Shown here: positions 29,901 through 43,325 of the stretch, piece after piece
How positions within the stretch are numbered: position 1 is the stretch's first letter
How the letters are laid out: each line of letters starts with the position of its first letter
Assembly (NCBI GenBank): GCA_964016885.1
Contig: OZ024740.1
Span: 66,960,001 to 67,024,000 of the forward strand
From: Eledone cirrhosa
Taxonomy: Eukaryota
Length of the DNA: 64,000 nt
Direction of reading: 5' to 3'
Program-made: the position numbers and the translations under genes
The notes under the pieces: generated by a model
Seen by the model: the letters and a program-made list of their open reading frames with translations, nothing else
Database searches by the model: none
Told to the model about the DNA's origin: nothing

Positions 29901-32753
29901 GGGCCATCGTCAACAAGAAGTGGTGGTTTGCTCTGAAAAGAGCAATTAGAATAGAGTCCATTAGGTTTAGTAAGGCTTTAGCAATACAGAAAAATAGAGC
30001 AGAGGGAGAATTAGTTAGAAAATTAGACGAGGCGCTTAGCAAAGGCATCGCGACCGACGTACTTGCGACGAAATTGACCCTTGACCAATTCTTCAATGCA
30101 AAGCACGAAGGCTGCGTTGTCAGAGTTAGGGTGCGTGCTCTCAGTCACGAGGGAACGAAAGCCGTTCAATGGGCCCGAGTGGCGGAGGCGCGTCGTGGCA
30201 ACAAAGCCACGATCCTGTCTTTGGTGGACTACAACGGGCGCATGTTACTCAATCCCGGGCAAATGTGAGAAGCTTTTCAGCGACACTTCGTTCAGTTGTT
30301 CGGGGGAAGCGGCGGGCCGGATCGAGGGATGGACTTTAGTGTCTACCTCGACGGACTGCCGCGGCTCTCGGCCACTGAGGCGGAGTGTTGCGAAAATCCG
30401 ATAACAGCCGCTGAAGTACGGGAGGCAATGACTAGCTGCATAAGGGGTAAATCGCCTGGTTTGTATGGTCTGCCCTATGAACTTTACGTACAGATGCCAG
30501 ACTTGTTCGGAGGCCTCTAGGCGGACGTCACCTGCAACTGGCAACAGAACGGGAGAATTCCCAGCTCTGTGAGCAGAGGAGCTGTAGCGCTGCTGAGAAA
30601 GAATCCGAACAAGGGGGATAACATAGACAATTTCAGGCCCATAACTCTGCTAAACACAGAGTTCAAGATTTTGGCCAAGGTGCTAGCAAAGAGGTTGGCG
30701 CTTGTCGTTGGTGGTCTGGTGGGATAGGCGCAGACCTGCGCCATTCCCGACAGATCCATCCACGACAACCTCCACCTCATGCGATACATCGTAGAGAGGG
30801 TAGCTGGGAACCTGGCACGGGTGGGTCCTTGATCAATTTAGATCAGTCGAAAGCTTTCGATAGGGTGGACCATCGTTATCTAGCGGCAGTCCTGAGGACG
30901 ACTGGCTTTGGGCCCGTCTTCAGAGGCTGGATCGCTGCCATGCACAGCGACATCTGCTCTGTCGTGAGAGTGAACGGTCACCTTTCGGAACTGTTCAACT
31001 TCATGCGCTCGGTCCGCCAAGGATTTCCCCTCTCGTCCCTCTTGTACGTATTGACTCTCGAGCCATTACTGCACAAAATGGAGACGTTGAGTGGGGGTCC
31101 CGCGCGAACTAGGATGCGGAAGATCCGTGTCAGCATATGCGGACGATGTCACCGTAGTGATATCGAACGCTAAACACATCGAGGCGTCGGCACTACACTA
31201 AAAGAATACGAATCGGTGACAGGAGCAATGATCAGCCAGGAAAAGTAAGTGGGCTTGCAGCTCGGCACCTGGAGAGGCAGATCCATGCCGTCCAGCAGCG
31301 TCGTCGGGCGCTGGATGGACGGACCAGTTAAATTGCTCGGGGTCTGGTTCGGTCCGGACTTCCAGACGGACAAAAACTGGGACGAGTTGACGAGCAGGGT
31401 AGCTTCTCTCACCCAGAAATGGGCCGAGAAGAAGCTATCCCTGAAAGGTCAAGCGGAGGTGGCTAACGCGTATATCGCGTCTGTCATCTACTACAGCCTG
31501 ACCGTCGTATCTTGTCCTAAGCCCCGCCTGACTGCGCTGGAGCGTTTGCTCTTTCGCTTTTTGTGGAAGGGACGCGCTCCGATGGTCAGGCGGTCCATCT
31601 GCTGTCAACACCCGCTACGTGCAGGGCTGGGAATGCCGTGGCTGATGATGTGCAGAAACGCGCTCAGGCTACGACATCTCCACCTCTTCCTCGACGGTGA
31701 TCAGGTGTGGTGTCCGTTTGCTAGACGCGTCTTTCCCCAGCTCGTGTCCGTGACGGGGCTGCGGTCCTGGGTCAAACGAAGACCGAGAGGGAGCGCTTGG
31801 AGACTGGAATGTCTTCAGGTGCTCACAGCCCTCGACCAATCGTGCAATGTGATCGGTGGAAACTCCACCTTAGCGTTCTATAGAGGATTAGTGGAGGGGA
31901 AGAGCGACGACGTACTTGGGGAAACTCTAGGCGTCGACGAAAATCAACTAGCCAATCTCTTCGGAAGAACTTTCGGGCCGGGGCCAAATGGACAACTTCC
32001 AAAAATACCTGGCCTGGCAGTGCTACCGAGGAGCTTTGGCAGTTAGAGATAAACTCTACAGGAATGGAGGTGCCGTCAATCGGGCATGTCCGAGATGCGC
32101 GCAGGGCGACGAAACCGTCCTGCACGCACTCGTCCAGTGTCAGAGCATTGCTGACTTGTGGGTTTATGTCGAACACCTGCTGTCGCGTGTGGGATGGATC
32201 CAGCTATCAGCTGAGTCCATCGTGAGGATTGCCCCGCTCTCTTCCTTTAGCCGGGAAGGGCAGGCAGTTTTTATCTGTCTGGTGGCCATGGCGAAAGAGA
32301 TAGTATGGTGGACACGTTTGAAAGGGCTGAAGACGAGCACTTACCTCTTCGGTGATGCCCTGATTAACTTTTTCATATTTCATTTGAAAAGAAAAATCAG
32401 GGTAGAAAGGGAAGTGCTCTCTTCCCAGCATTTTGTTGAAAGATGGATGAGAGAGGCAAGAATGGCCCGAGTGAATTGGCCTACTCTGAGTATGTGTCTG
32501 TAAATTAAAGGTGGAAAACTGGGAGAGGACACTTGCCTGGTGGTCAGGGTCACTGTGGCTTTTTAATGGGCTTTCTCCACGAATGTCCCTCGGAAGTCTC
32601 CCCCCTATTGGGGAATTTTTTCATTGTTCTGTTATTACATCCTCTGTTTCTTGTTTTTTACACGCAGAAATGCCCATTTGTACCGTCCTGTATTGTCCTG
32701 TACTGTCCTTAATGTCTACTTTATGGAAACCCTTGTGGTTAATAAAGAATTCA
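26990..32753 (+). mobile_element. L1/Tx1-type LINE copy 2, near full length and disrupted (ORF1, APE, RT, CCHC)
   Basis: ORF2 from 29083 (MISLRIGSINARGL). RT motifs FRPITLLNTEFKILAK, LDQSKAFDRVDH, SVRQGFPLSSLLY, AYADDV and LLGVWF, then CPRC..ETVLHALVQC. Multiple stops and frameshifts. Ends AATAAAGAATTCA followed by (TTC)n(TTA)n. Confidence 0.95.
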
Positions 32754-32768
32754 TTCTTCTTCTTCTTC

Positions 32769-32839
<71 letters not shown>
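32754..32839. repeat. (TTC)n-(TTA)n microsatellite between tail-to-tail LINEs
   Basis: Directly visible. Confidence 0.95.
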
Positions 32840-34980
32840 TAAGTCTCAGTCATTGATGTTAGTTAACTGGAAAGTTTGTTGAAATGAATATCAAGCCACT
32901 ATCTGCAGCCTAAGATATTCAGGACGTATCGGAGGGTTCTTGCTGTTCCCAGCAAGCATGCCTTTTGGAGCGTTCCAAAAAGCGTGAAAAGGCCAATTTT
33001 CTTTAACCATCCCTGGAAACCTTTTGAGATAGTACCTAGTGCGCCTATGACAATCGTGACCACTTTGACTTCATGACAGTTCCAAATCCTTTTTACCTCC
33101 CACTTTAAGTCCTGGTATCGGTTAATGTTCTCCCTCTCCTTCTCTTGCACTCTCGTGTCGAATGGGCAGGCCACATCCACAATCAGGCACGATCTTTTTT
33201 CTTTGTCCACAACCACCAGGTCAGGTCTATTGTGTTCCAGTTTCTTGTCCGTCTGTATCCTAAAATCCCACAGCACATTCACCTGGTCGTTTTCTATCAC
33301 CGACTCTGGCTTATGCTCATACCACTTCTCAGAATGTGGTAAATTGTTTACTTTGCATAGGTGCCAGTGGATCACCCTGCCCATCACATCATTTCTCCAT
33401 CCCTTATAGTGAGTCTGGGCTAAGTGTTTACACTCGTATACAATGTGAGCCACAGTCTCCTCTCTCTCTCCACAGATCCTGCACAGTGGGCTAGCTTCCT
33501 CCTTGTAAATATGGTGTTTCAACCACTTCGTTGAGGACCTGCTCTTGCGCAGCCATTAACATTCCTTCTGTAGCCTTTTTAAGGTCTCCTCTTTTCAACC
33601 AGTTCCATGTCTGTGGAGCTCTGAATTCAGTTTTCTCAAAGAAGGTACTATGAAGGGATTTTTCCTGAAGACTACTCTTTCTCCTCGATGTTATTTCCTC
33701 CTTGGACATCCCCTGGTCTATTGTCCTCTCCTTCAGTACAGTTCTGAGCATTGGCTCCTTACTATCAGTCACATATTTGTGTAGGTTGTTTTTCTCCATC
33801 TGAACACAGTCCTCTATGCTGATAAGACCTCTTCCACCTTCCGATCTCCTTAAGGAGAGTCTATCGACATCACTCCTCTTGTGGAATATGTTGTAGATAG
33901 TCAATAGCTTCCTAGTCTTCCTATCCATTTCTTTTTGTTCAGCAACATTCCATCTCAGAATTCTCCACTGTACATATTAATAGACACAGCTCGGAAATTT
34001 ACTGCACTTATGGCATTCCTACTGTTCAGATGTGATTTTAATACGCTTCATGCTCTCCGAATGTGTTCAGTTCTTATTAATTCCTTCATTTTTTTGTTCT
34101 TGATGTCATCAGCCTCCAGAACACCCAAATACTTGTATCCTTCTTCAGTGTCAATTTCCTTTATCATCTCACCTGTTGGTACCTGGATTCCGTTACTTCT
34201 GCTCAATTTATCCCTCCTCATCACAAGGACTCCACACTTACTAATACCAAATTGCATACATATATCATTGCTGAAAATACGAACAGTGTCAACAAGCACA
34301 TCCAACTCTTTCTCACTCTTCCCGAAGAGCTTAAGATCGTCCATGAAGAGGAGGTGATTGATGGTCAGCCCTCCCTTTCTAAACCTGTATCCTGCTCTCA
34401 CTTTTCGCAGTATAATGGTCAGGGGCATCAGGGCAAGGACAAACAACAGAGGGGACAGACTATCTCCCTGGAAGATACCTCTCTTGATCTTCACGCCTCC
34501 CAAGGATTCTCCAGCTGATGTTAACTCTATTTCCCAGGACTTCATACTTTTACCCAACAACTGTCTGATGTTATCTGCCACCTTGAAGATCTCTAGGCTT
34601 TTGGTGATCCAAGAATGAGGTACAATATCAAATGCCTTTTTGTAGTCTATCCATCCCATGGCAATACCAGTGTGTCTCCTCTTGCAATTCCTCATTACCA
34701 TCTTATCAATAAGTAACTGGTTCTTTGTACCACGGGACTTCTTTCGGCATCCTTTCTGTTCGTCCGGTAACAAGTTGTTTGTGTGGCGGTGATGGTAGAT
34801 TTCCTCAGGCATAATGCTTGTCAACAGTTTCCACATTACGGACAGACATGTGATAGGTCTATAGTTGGTAACATCATTACTCTTGATTCGGTCTTTCATT
34901 ATCAGAACTGTGGTACCTTTTGTCAACCACTCTGGTACCTCACCTGACATCAAGCAGTCATTGAACATGGTTGTCAAGTT
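32840..34980 (-). mobile_element. 5'-truncated R4/Dong-like non-LTR retrotransposon (RT, CCHC, restriction-like endonuclease)
   Basis: YRPITCL, WIDYKKAFDIVPHSW, GIFQGDSLSPLLF, HLLFMDDLKLF, CRIC..ETVAHIVYEC and NRPDLVVVD..VDVACPFD. The 3' end runs into (TAA)n on its own strand. Confidence 0.93.
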
Positions 34981-34984
34981 CCTT

Positions 34985-36260
34985 TATGGTAGTTTGTTGG
35001 TCTCTGACAATATATTTAAGGTTAGAGAGCAACTCTCTCTTGAATGTGGCTTTAGCGTACTTGTCCAGTCCAAATTCCATATCAATGTCATCACTGAATT
35101 GTTTCACTCTGTGCAATTACCTTCCCAGCTGCCCATCATTGTTTCCAAATAGCTTGTTATTATCCATAAAAGGAAGATGACTGCATAGCCTTTCCTCCGC
35201 AGTAACTGACAGAGCGGAGCAAGTGACATACAGAACAGCAAAGGGAACAATGGCTCACTTTGGAATATTCCACGATTTATCTTGATCTGTCTAGATTCTA
35301 GTGGTCCGTGGTGGTGTTGAAGGACCATCGTAGTTTTCCATTCTATCATCATTGCCTCCAGGAAAGTTGTGATCTCATGCGCTATTTGATATATGTCTAG
35401 TGTCTTTATGATCCATGAGGCTTTTTTCAGGTGTGAATAGATTTGCGCAGAGGTAATTGTAGACCCTTTTGGTAATCATTGATGTGAGGGCTTTGTACAT
35501 CATTGGGAGATATATAATTCGTCTGTAGCTTTTTTGGATTTTCTGTGCATTCATTATTCGGTAGAAGATATGTTACGCCAGTTGTAGTCCACTGTGGGAC
35601 CTCACTTGGGTTTGCTACAATCCTTATTATTATTTTTTTTATTGTCTTTCCTTTTCCTTCAGTATTGTTTCTGATATATACCGAGTGTCTTCCTGACAAC
35701 TAAGGCAAATAAATTCATTGTATACATTGGTAAGCCAGTTAATACACCACATTGAATATAATTTACAGCTTATCATTCTTACAGAGGGATATCATTCTTA
35801 CAGACCATGCTATGTTGTCTTTTACAATGAAATCTGGTCTATCTGCTTTAATAGTCCGGTCAGTATGTACAGGAAAGTCCCAGAGAATTGTTACTTTTTC
35901 TCCTTCAGTTACATCCTCAGGGTGATGATTGTACCACTTGTCAGCAGCTTTGATTTTATAATGCCGACATATTACGCAGTGTAGATTTTGGCCAAACCTG
36001 TCATGTCTATATTTGTACTCTAGGGGAGCTAAAACTTTACATCCAGAAACTAGGTGGTCCTCTGTTTCAACCTCAACATTGCAGAATCAGCACTTTGGAT
36101 TTACTCCATTTCTCATCACATTGACCTGGTAATTTCGTGTCAGTAAGCTTGGATCTTGAGCAGCTTAAGATGAAGCCTTCGCTCTCTGCTTTTATCACTG
36201 AGCTACGTAGCCACTGATTGGTGTGCTTTTGGTCAACATCAGCTTGTATGCTACGGGCCA
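34985..36260 (-). mobile_element. Older, fragmented R4-like LINE relic(s)
   Basis: IKINRGIFQSEPLFPLLFCMSLAPL, VPQWTTTGVTYLLP and DVDQKHTNQWLRSSVIKAESEGFI. The C-terminal piece lies upstream of the N-terminal pieces. Confidence 0.75.
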
Positions 36261-36394
36261 CAACGACAGCACCGAACACACCAACAATACAACCGTCAAA
36301 GAAGTCACAACTATCATCACCAGCGGCACCAACATTTCTACAACCACAATTACCCACAAAAAGCAAACACACACGACAACAACAAAGCCAGATC

Positions 36395-36800
36395 ATTGGG
36401 GTCGATAAAATAAAGTACCAGTAATACAAAGGGAAAATTGTCTGGCCTTGTGGAAACAATTATTATTATTATTTCCACAAGGCCTGCAATTATCCCAGTG
36501 TATTACTGGTACTTTATTTTATTGACCCCGTAAGGATGAAAGGCAAAGTAAACCTCGGCGGGATTTGAACTCAGACCATAAAGGGCCGTAACTCTTTGCT
36601 GCAAAGCATGGCGTCCGACCCTCTACCGATACTGCCAATCCACCGCACTATGGATAGGCAGTTATGTCCCTTGCCATTCTGAGTTTAAATCCCGCCAAGG
36701 TTAACTTTGCCTTTCATCCTTACAGGGTCTATAAAATAAAGAACCAGTAATGCACTGGGTTAATTGCTGGCCTTGTGCCAAAAGTAGAAACAATTATTAT
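36395..36800. mobile_element. Cluster of three SINE copies in +,-,+ orientation
   Basis: 36395-36465 (+, 3' part), 36470-36650 (-, near full length), 36655-36800 (+). Confidence 0.85.
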
Positions 36801-39800
36801 TTCCACGGATGTCATGTTTGTTTCAGTCTGTGTTCATTAAAAAAAATTATGGTAGATATGACTTTGCACAAGGAAAACGTGATACGTCTGTCATTCACAC
36901 ATGCTGTTTTAAAAACAAGTTTCGTTTATTAAATAGTTTTGCAATATACAAACTCTGCATATTCCGCCATACGACAAGAAAAAAAAGGCGAGAAGGAAAG
37001 CATAAGGGTAGATAGGTGAAAGAAGGAACAAGTATTTATTTGTTTGTAGCCCCTATCCCACCTATTCAATAACACCAACACAACTTCCACCGCCAGCGCA
37101 TCCATTGACTGATAATGCCAACAATAAAATCAAAAATAATTGTTTCTACATTGTTCAAAAATAATGTTCGCCAGCAGCCGCAAAGCTAACTTAAAAGTCA
37201 GCACCAACATCACCATCACCAGCCGCAACAACATAACAGTTTCGTTTAAGGATATTATGAGAACTTGTGCTAGTAGAAATTGCAGCTAACGGAAGTACTA
37301 TTCACATCACTGCTACTACAACATACACTGCGAGCACTGGAACCAAGTGCTTCATGAATTACGCTTGCCATGCAGTGCTTTATATTATTTTATTTTTCAA
37401 TTTATAAGATATTACAAATGCTAGCGATTTTGCTGAATTCCATTGCGTAATATCATTTCACTTTATTTTATAGTTTTATATTGTTTTCTGTAGCTATTTA
37501 TCTATGGAGACAATAAAGTCCTATAGTCGATGGAACGTTGGATTTAATGTTTTGTGGTGTTTATTCCGGCTCTCCGGACTCTGGGTTCAACTCCTACCGT
37601 AGACAAGTTTGTCTTTTCTTATTCCAATGTGAATAAATAAGATAACTTCTTAATACCAGAGATGATAAATAAAGTACTAAGGTATCCCAATACGTTTGTT
37701 TTCACTTCTCACTTCCACTATCTTTCTCGAGGAGAAATTTGCTGTGTTTCGAACTGGGGAATGAATTTATTTCCTTCGTGTTTTGCATGTATTTTAGTAG
37801 AACGCCAATATACTTTCTATAAAGTAAAATAACTGAATCATTCGAGTATCTTTATAGTTTCTGGTCAAATTGCAATGTTTTGATGATCTTATTCGCGCCA
37901 GTCATCAATTTGTTACTTTCCCCAGACCTGACTAGGCTATTTTAGAGACCACCTTTACCCACATAGTCATGGCTATATAACTGGGTTGTGAGAGTCTGCT
38001 TGGAAGCTAAGTGTCTCTCATTGCTCCATCTTTCCTAGTAGCTTACTGCTGTTAGTCAGGAGTTGTTTATATCGCAACAACGCAATATCAGAACATATCA
38101 TCATATATGGTGACCATATCACTATAGGCCACCTGCGACTCATCCTCTTGGAGAACACCTTTGCTGGGAATAAAATGGCATTTACTATCAATTTTCTTGG
38201 TACGTTTTCTCCCAATTAAATTCGTATACTCAATGTAAAACTATTTTCCCTTTGTCGTTTGGAGCATCCATATTCAAATGATGGTTTATTGTCCTCCCAT
38301 AGCAATTGTATCGGAGTCCAGCATTTATTTACATGTTGTGTAAATACGTTAATGCAAAGTTGAAAAGGAGTGGAAAGAGATTTTATCTTTCAATATTCCA
38401 CGAATAATATGAATCTTTTTCCCGTTTACAGTTCCTTCTTTTGTTCATATCAGCATGGTTATTTAACATTTATTCATGTCATGTTTGATATATATGAGTT
38501 TCTGTGATTTTACTATGAAAGAAACATTTGTAATCATTGCTTGGCGTGTTCAGATAGTTTTTCTTTCGTTCAGATTTTGGTTATGAGATATTTGTAACGT
38601 TTCAGGTTTTGTTGTTCTTGACAAACTCCTATGTCTACTTTGATTTTGGTTACTTTTGTTTCTGTTATGTTGTATTTATGTGTCATTTTATAGGGTTCTG
38701 CGTGGGTATGTGAATCTTGTCATTGCCGTATTATTTACGAACCTGTGTTAAAAGTTTAGAAGTATAATATTAATAGGAATAATATATAAGAATCTCTATG
38801 ATATCCGAACATAAAGCAAACAAAGCCACACCAAAAGACTGCGATTCCCCTCATCACAGAAATATGTATGTTCTCTCTGTAAAAACAGAAGTATGCAGTT
38901 ATACTGAATATGCTTGTGTGCTACTTTTCATGATATTTACTGAATTACATTTTCCAATATTGTCCTAAGTTTCACGTCTTATGAAGATAGCAGAAACTGA
39001 TAGCTTCAAAGCGTTCACATATGTATAATAAACGGTTACTGAAAAAGGCAAGTATCTCGAATTTATCAAATCGAATATTTGCATGGTTGTTTATTTTATG
39101 GGTGCGGAAGATGAAATATAAAGTTCAGCTCGATGGGATTTGAAGTTAGAAAATATACTAATCAATAAATATACACAGAAAAGATTTGAAGTATGTAGAT
39201 GATTTGCAGTAAATTGAAAGTTTATGGATAAGATGTGAGTTATCTTTGGTGTTATATAAGCATTGGCAACATCGATTCGAGTAACACTGGAATCTTTTTA
39301 GTTGTGTATTTGATATTGTATTCGATAGAAAACTTTCTCAAGTATCGTTGATACGAATTGGATTTACTCATTTTCATGCAACACCTCTGTTAATTTGATC
39401 AATATGAAGCAATTTTTGAACATTTACTTAACGTAGAAAGATCCTCTGGGACTTTAGCTCGAATAATGACCACCAAATGATACATAAAACTGACATCATT
39501 TTTTCCAAAACTTATAATAGAAGTTAATAATTGAAATACTAATGTACTACGATTCTGTGCACATGTGAGCTGCTGGGTTGAAGATAATATAGCACTTGAG
39601 AAAGGCATTCATCATTTTATTTGTAATTGAAGACAACAGGAATGATGTACAATTTATTCTGTACAAATATCTAGAGGTCAGTGATATATCCATATATTAA
39701 TACTTTCCAGATATTTACAATATTAACTACGGTCTGAACATTCTCGCAGCTCCTTTGTTGACCTTGTTTTACTTGAAGTGATGGACCTAATTCATTTCGA

Positions 39801-39856
39801 TTTATGGAAAATACGCTTAATACATCTCCAAATTTAATATCAATATTAATAGTTAG

Positions 39857-39902
<46 letters not shown>

Positions 39903-39906
39903 ATGT

Positions 39907-39937
<31 letters not shown>
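39857..39937. repeat. (CTA)n / (CTG)n compound trinucleotide repeat
   Basis: Directly visible. Confidence 0.95.
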
Positions 39938-40379
39938 AATGTTTGTTGTTTTTGGTGGTGGTGTTGTCCATATTAAATTTTTTTCATATTTCTTTAATTA
40001 CATACTTCTCTTATAAATGCTGCCTGCACACACACTATTACACACAGACGCATGCACACATACACACACCGTTTAAAGGATATCTTTTTACTTCCACTTA
40101 TCACTCATATTTGATTGCTATATTTTCTCATTTATTCTCATGCAGATTTGTTTTTTACAGTTGTATGTATTATCATTCATTCCTACATACTGGCTAATAT
40201 TTTTTAAATGCTTAACTGAAACACGTTTCGAATAAGATCTCAACCACTCACTGCAATGGAAACAAAAACTGAACGTGAATTATTTCATATATGCCAGAAT
40301 ATGAAAATGATCATGCTTCATTTACACGAATATATGCATATGTGCACACAAACAGACACACACGCACTCACTCATTCTT

Positions 40380-40425
<46 letters not shown>

Positions 40426-40430
<5 letters not shown>

Positions 40431-40850
40431 ATATTAACAAATGGAAACTATATTTATAAAACCATATTTATTTCATTATACATATTTCAAGGACACCAAA
40501 GCAAATTATGGTGCGCTTTCATCAGATAAAATATAATATAGATCTGTTTTATAAACAAATATTGACATACCCTTAAAATAATGCGACCATGTCTGTTGGA
40601 AGCTCTCCGGGAGCTTCCAACAGACATGGTCGCATTCTTTTAAGGGTATGTCAATATTTGTTTATAAAACAGATCTATATTATATTTTATCTGATGAAAG
40701 CGCACCATAATTTGCTTTGGTGTCCTTGAAATATGTATAATGAAATAAATATGGTTTTATAAATATAGTTTCCATTTGTTAATATATTGTTAATATATTG
40801 TTAATATATTGAATGTTTACTCCAAAGATTTTGTTGAGTGCTTTATATAA
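40426..40850. mobile_element. Near-perfect 365-bp palindromic PLE-derived element with an HHR motif in each arm
   Basis: Arms 40426-40605 and 40611-40790 (one mismatch seen), 5-nt loop. TTAT CTGATGA AAGCGCACCA..TGGTGTCCTT GAAAT AT GTATAA at 40687-40740. The 11-mer TTAATATATTG is triplicated at the right end. Confidence 0.9.
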
Positions 40851-40897
40851 ATTATAAAAATATTTGCTTGTTGTATCCCAACAAATTAAATATAACT

Positions 40898-41004
<107 letters not shown>

Positions 41005-41196
41005 GAGATAAGCGGAGCAAGTAAAATTCAAACAATTTCTCAAAATAAATTAAAAAATATAATTTAAATATTTACCTAATCCATTTGCTTTTACCGACGG
41101 TTTCACCTTACAAAATATATATATATGTATGTGTGTGTGTGTGTGTGGAAGTCGATCGTATATATATATATATATAATCTGCTTCGTAGAATCGAG

Positions 41197-41289
41197 ACGT
41201 ATACGAGGACCGCGCGATTTCAGAGTCAGGTTTGATCCTCACATCGATCGTGCTTCGAGCTGGTCGCCCGAGAAACAATTGTAATATGT
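41197..41289 (+). ncRNA. Hammerhead-like motif with a 62-nt insert and degenerate core
   Basis: ACGTAT ACGAGGA [62 nt] GAAAC AATT GTA ATATGT; stem I is ACGTAT/ATATGT. Confidence 0.5.
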
Positions 41290-41337
41290 ATATGTCCAAT
41301 CAATTCCTTTCGTCGCAACATTGATTCTCTTTTTTCT

Positions 41338-41419
<82 letters not shown>

Positions 41420-41466
41420 TATATATATACATATATATATATAAATATATATAGAGAGAAATAGAG

Positions 41467-41539
<73 letters not shown>

Positions 41540-42232
41540 TATATATATGTGGGTGTATGGGTGTGTAATCAGATATATAGATAGAAAAGTTAGCTTTTAA
41601 ATCATATTTAATTCCTTGCACGTGTTTCAAGAGAGTTATACATCGAATTAGACGAAGAAGGCCACGTGGAAATTCATATAATGAAGATCTATACATACAA
41701 AATGGTATACAGATCTAGTTTGAACTCCATATACTGAGGAGTAAAGAAAACGTATAAATTAAAGCAGAATATCAAGTCTAACTATTGTCATAGTGAATGT
41801 CTATAAATTAATATGAAAAATAACGTTAGTTAATCAGTTTAAGAACGCTACGTTTACTAGAGTTACAAAACAACAGAAAATTAAAATAAAAAAATGTTTC
41901 TTATAGTTTAAATATTATATTCAAAGAGAGGTAACTGTTTGAAGGCATATATCAGCACAAATAAATATATAAAGCAAAGTACAATTATCCACATAAAAAT
42001 ACACACGCATACGCATACAAATAACCATGTAGAACGCATATATAAATGCATGTATATACACAAACCTACATACATGCTTTGCCATACACGTATATAACAG
42101 ATTATATATTTGATATATATTTATCCTTATCGAGTCCTCTTTGGATTTTAGTCTTCACATTTATTATTATTACTATATATATATATGTATGTATATATAG
42201 ACATATATATATGTATTTATATATATATATAC

Positions 42233-42295
<63 letters not shown>

Positions 42296-42309
42296 GGCAT
42301 ACAGACACA

Positions 42310-42429
<120 letters not shown>

Positions 42430-42506
42430 AAATAAAAAAATTCTACTCTGCCATGTATTGAGTACCTTACTTACTGTGGTTATCCCCGACTCAACCCGGG
42501 ACCTAC

Positions 42507-42553
<47 letters not shown>

Positions 42554-43325
42554 TACGAATTTTCCTCAAAAAAATAATATTTGAATCATTAGAACATTGA
42601 ACCAGCCAGGTGGCATCTCTGGGAATATCTCAAATTCTTCCGAAATTTTAATTGATTATCCAACCAGGTGTGTAATAGAATGGTATCAGAAAGTGTTCCC
42701 TCGACGGAATCTGCCTTGGAAATAATGTAGCATATAAATGTACTATAAGAACAAAATACTCTACTAATTCTTACACTGCATCCACGGCAAATCCATTTAA
42801 GACCCAATATAATTCCATTTAAGACCCTGCCAACTCCATTGGCTGATAATAGATAAAGTTCTCTTCGATATTTATATATGAGTGTTCTCTGTATCGTTAT
42901 ATTTGGTTGTATGTCTACATTTTCATAGGTATTCGTAAGTATGTATGTACGTATATGTCTGCATGTATGTAGATGCTATACGTGTGTAGAACTATGTATA
43001 TTTATGCATATATGTATTTGTCTATATGAGGATGTGCTGATATATGACTTCAAACAGATATCTACCTTTGAACACAATATTGAATCCCTCAGTAAAAATG
43101 TGTTTCTGTTTTTTCTTTTTCTTTTTTTTTTGTTTTGCTTATGGAATAAAATGTTTTGTTTCGTTTTTATGCTTAACATTAGTGAAAGAAACGTTCTTAA
43201 AGTGACGTAATAGATAACCGTTATTTTACTTATTAATTTATCGTCATTCGCTGTCAATGAGTAGACTTGACATAACCTTCATCCTGTGTAAGTTTGGAAT
43301 TGAATTTCGGATATATAAGTATATA

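Noticed and set aside
38433-38490. Alternative SLC6 exon candidate (TTTACAG then FLLLFISAW)
   Set aside because: Reaches a stop within about 19 codons and lacks the P..YG and W..GW motifs.
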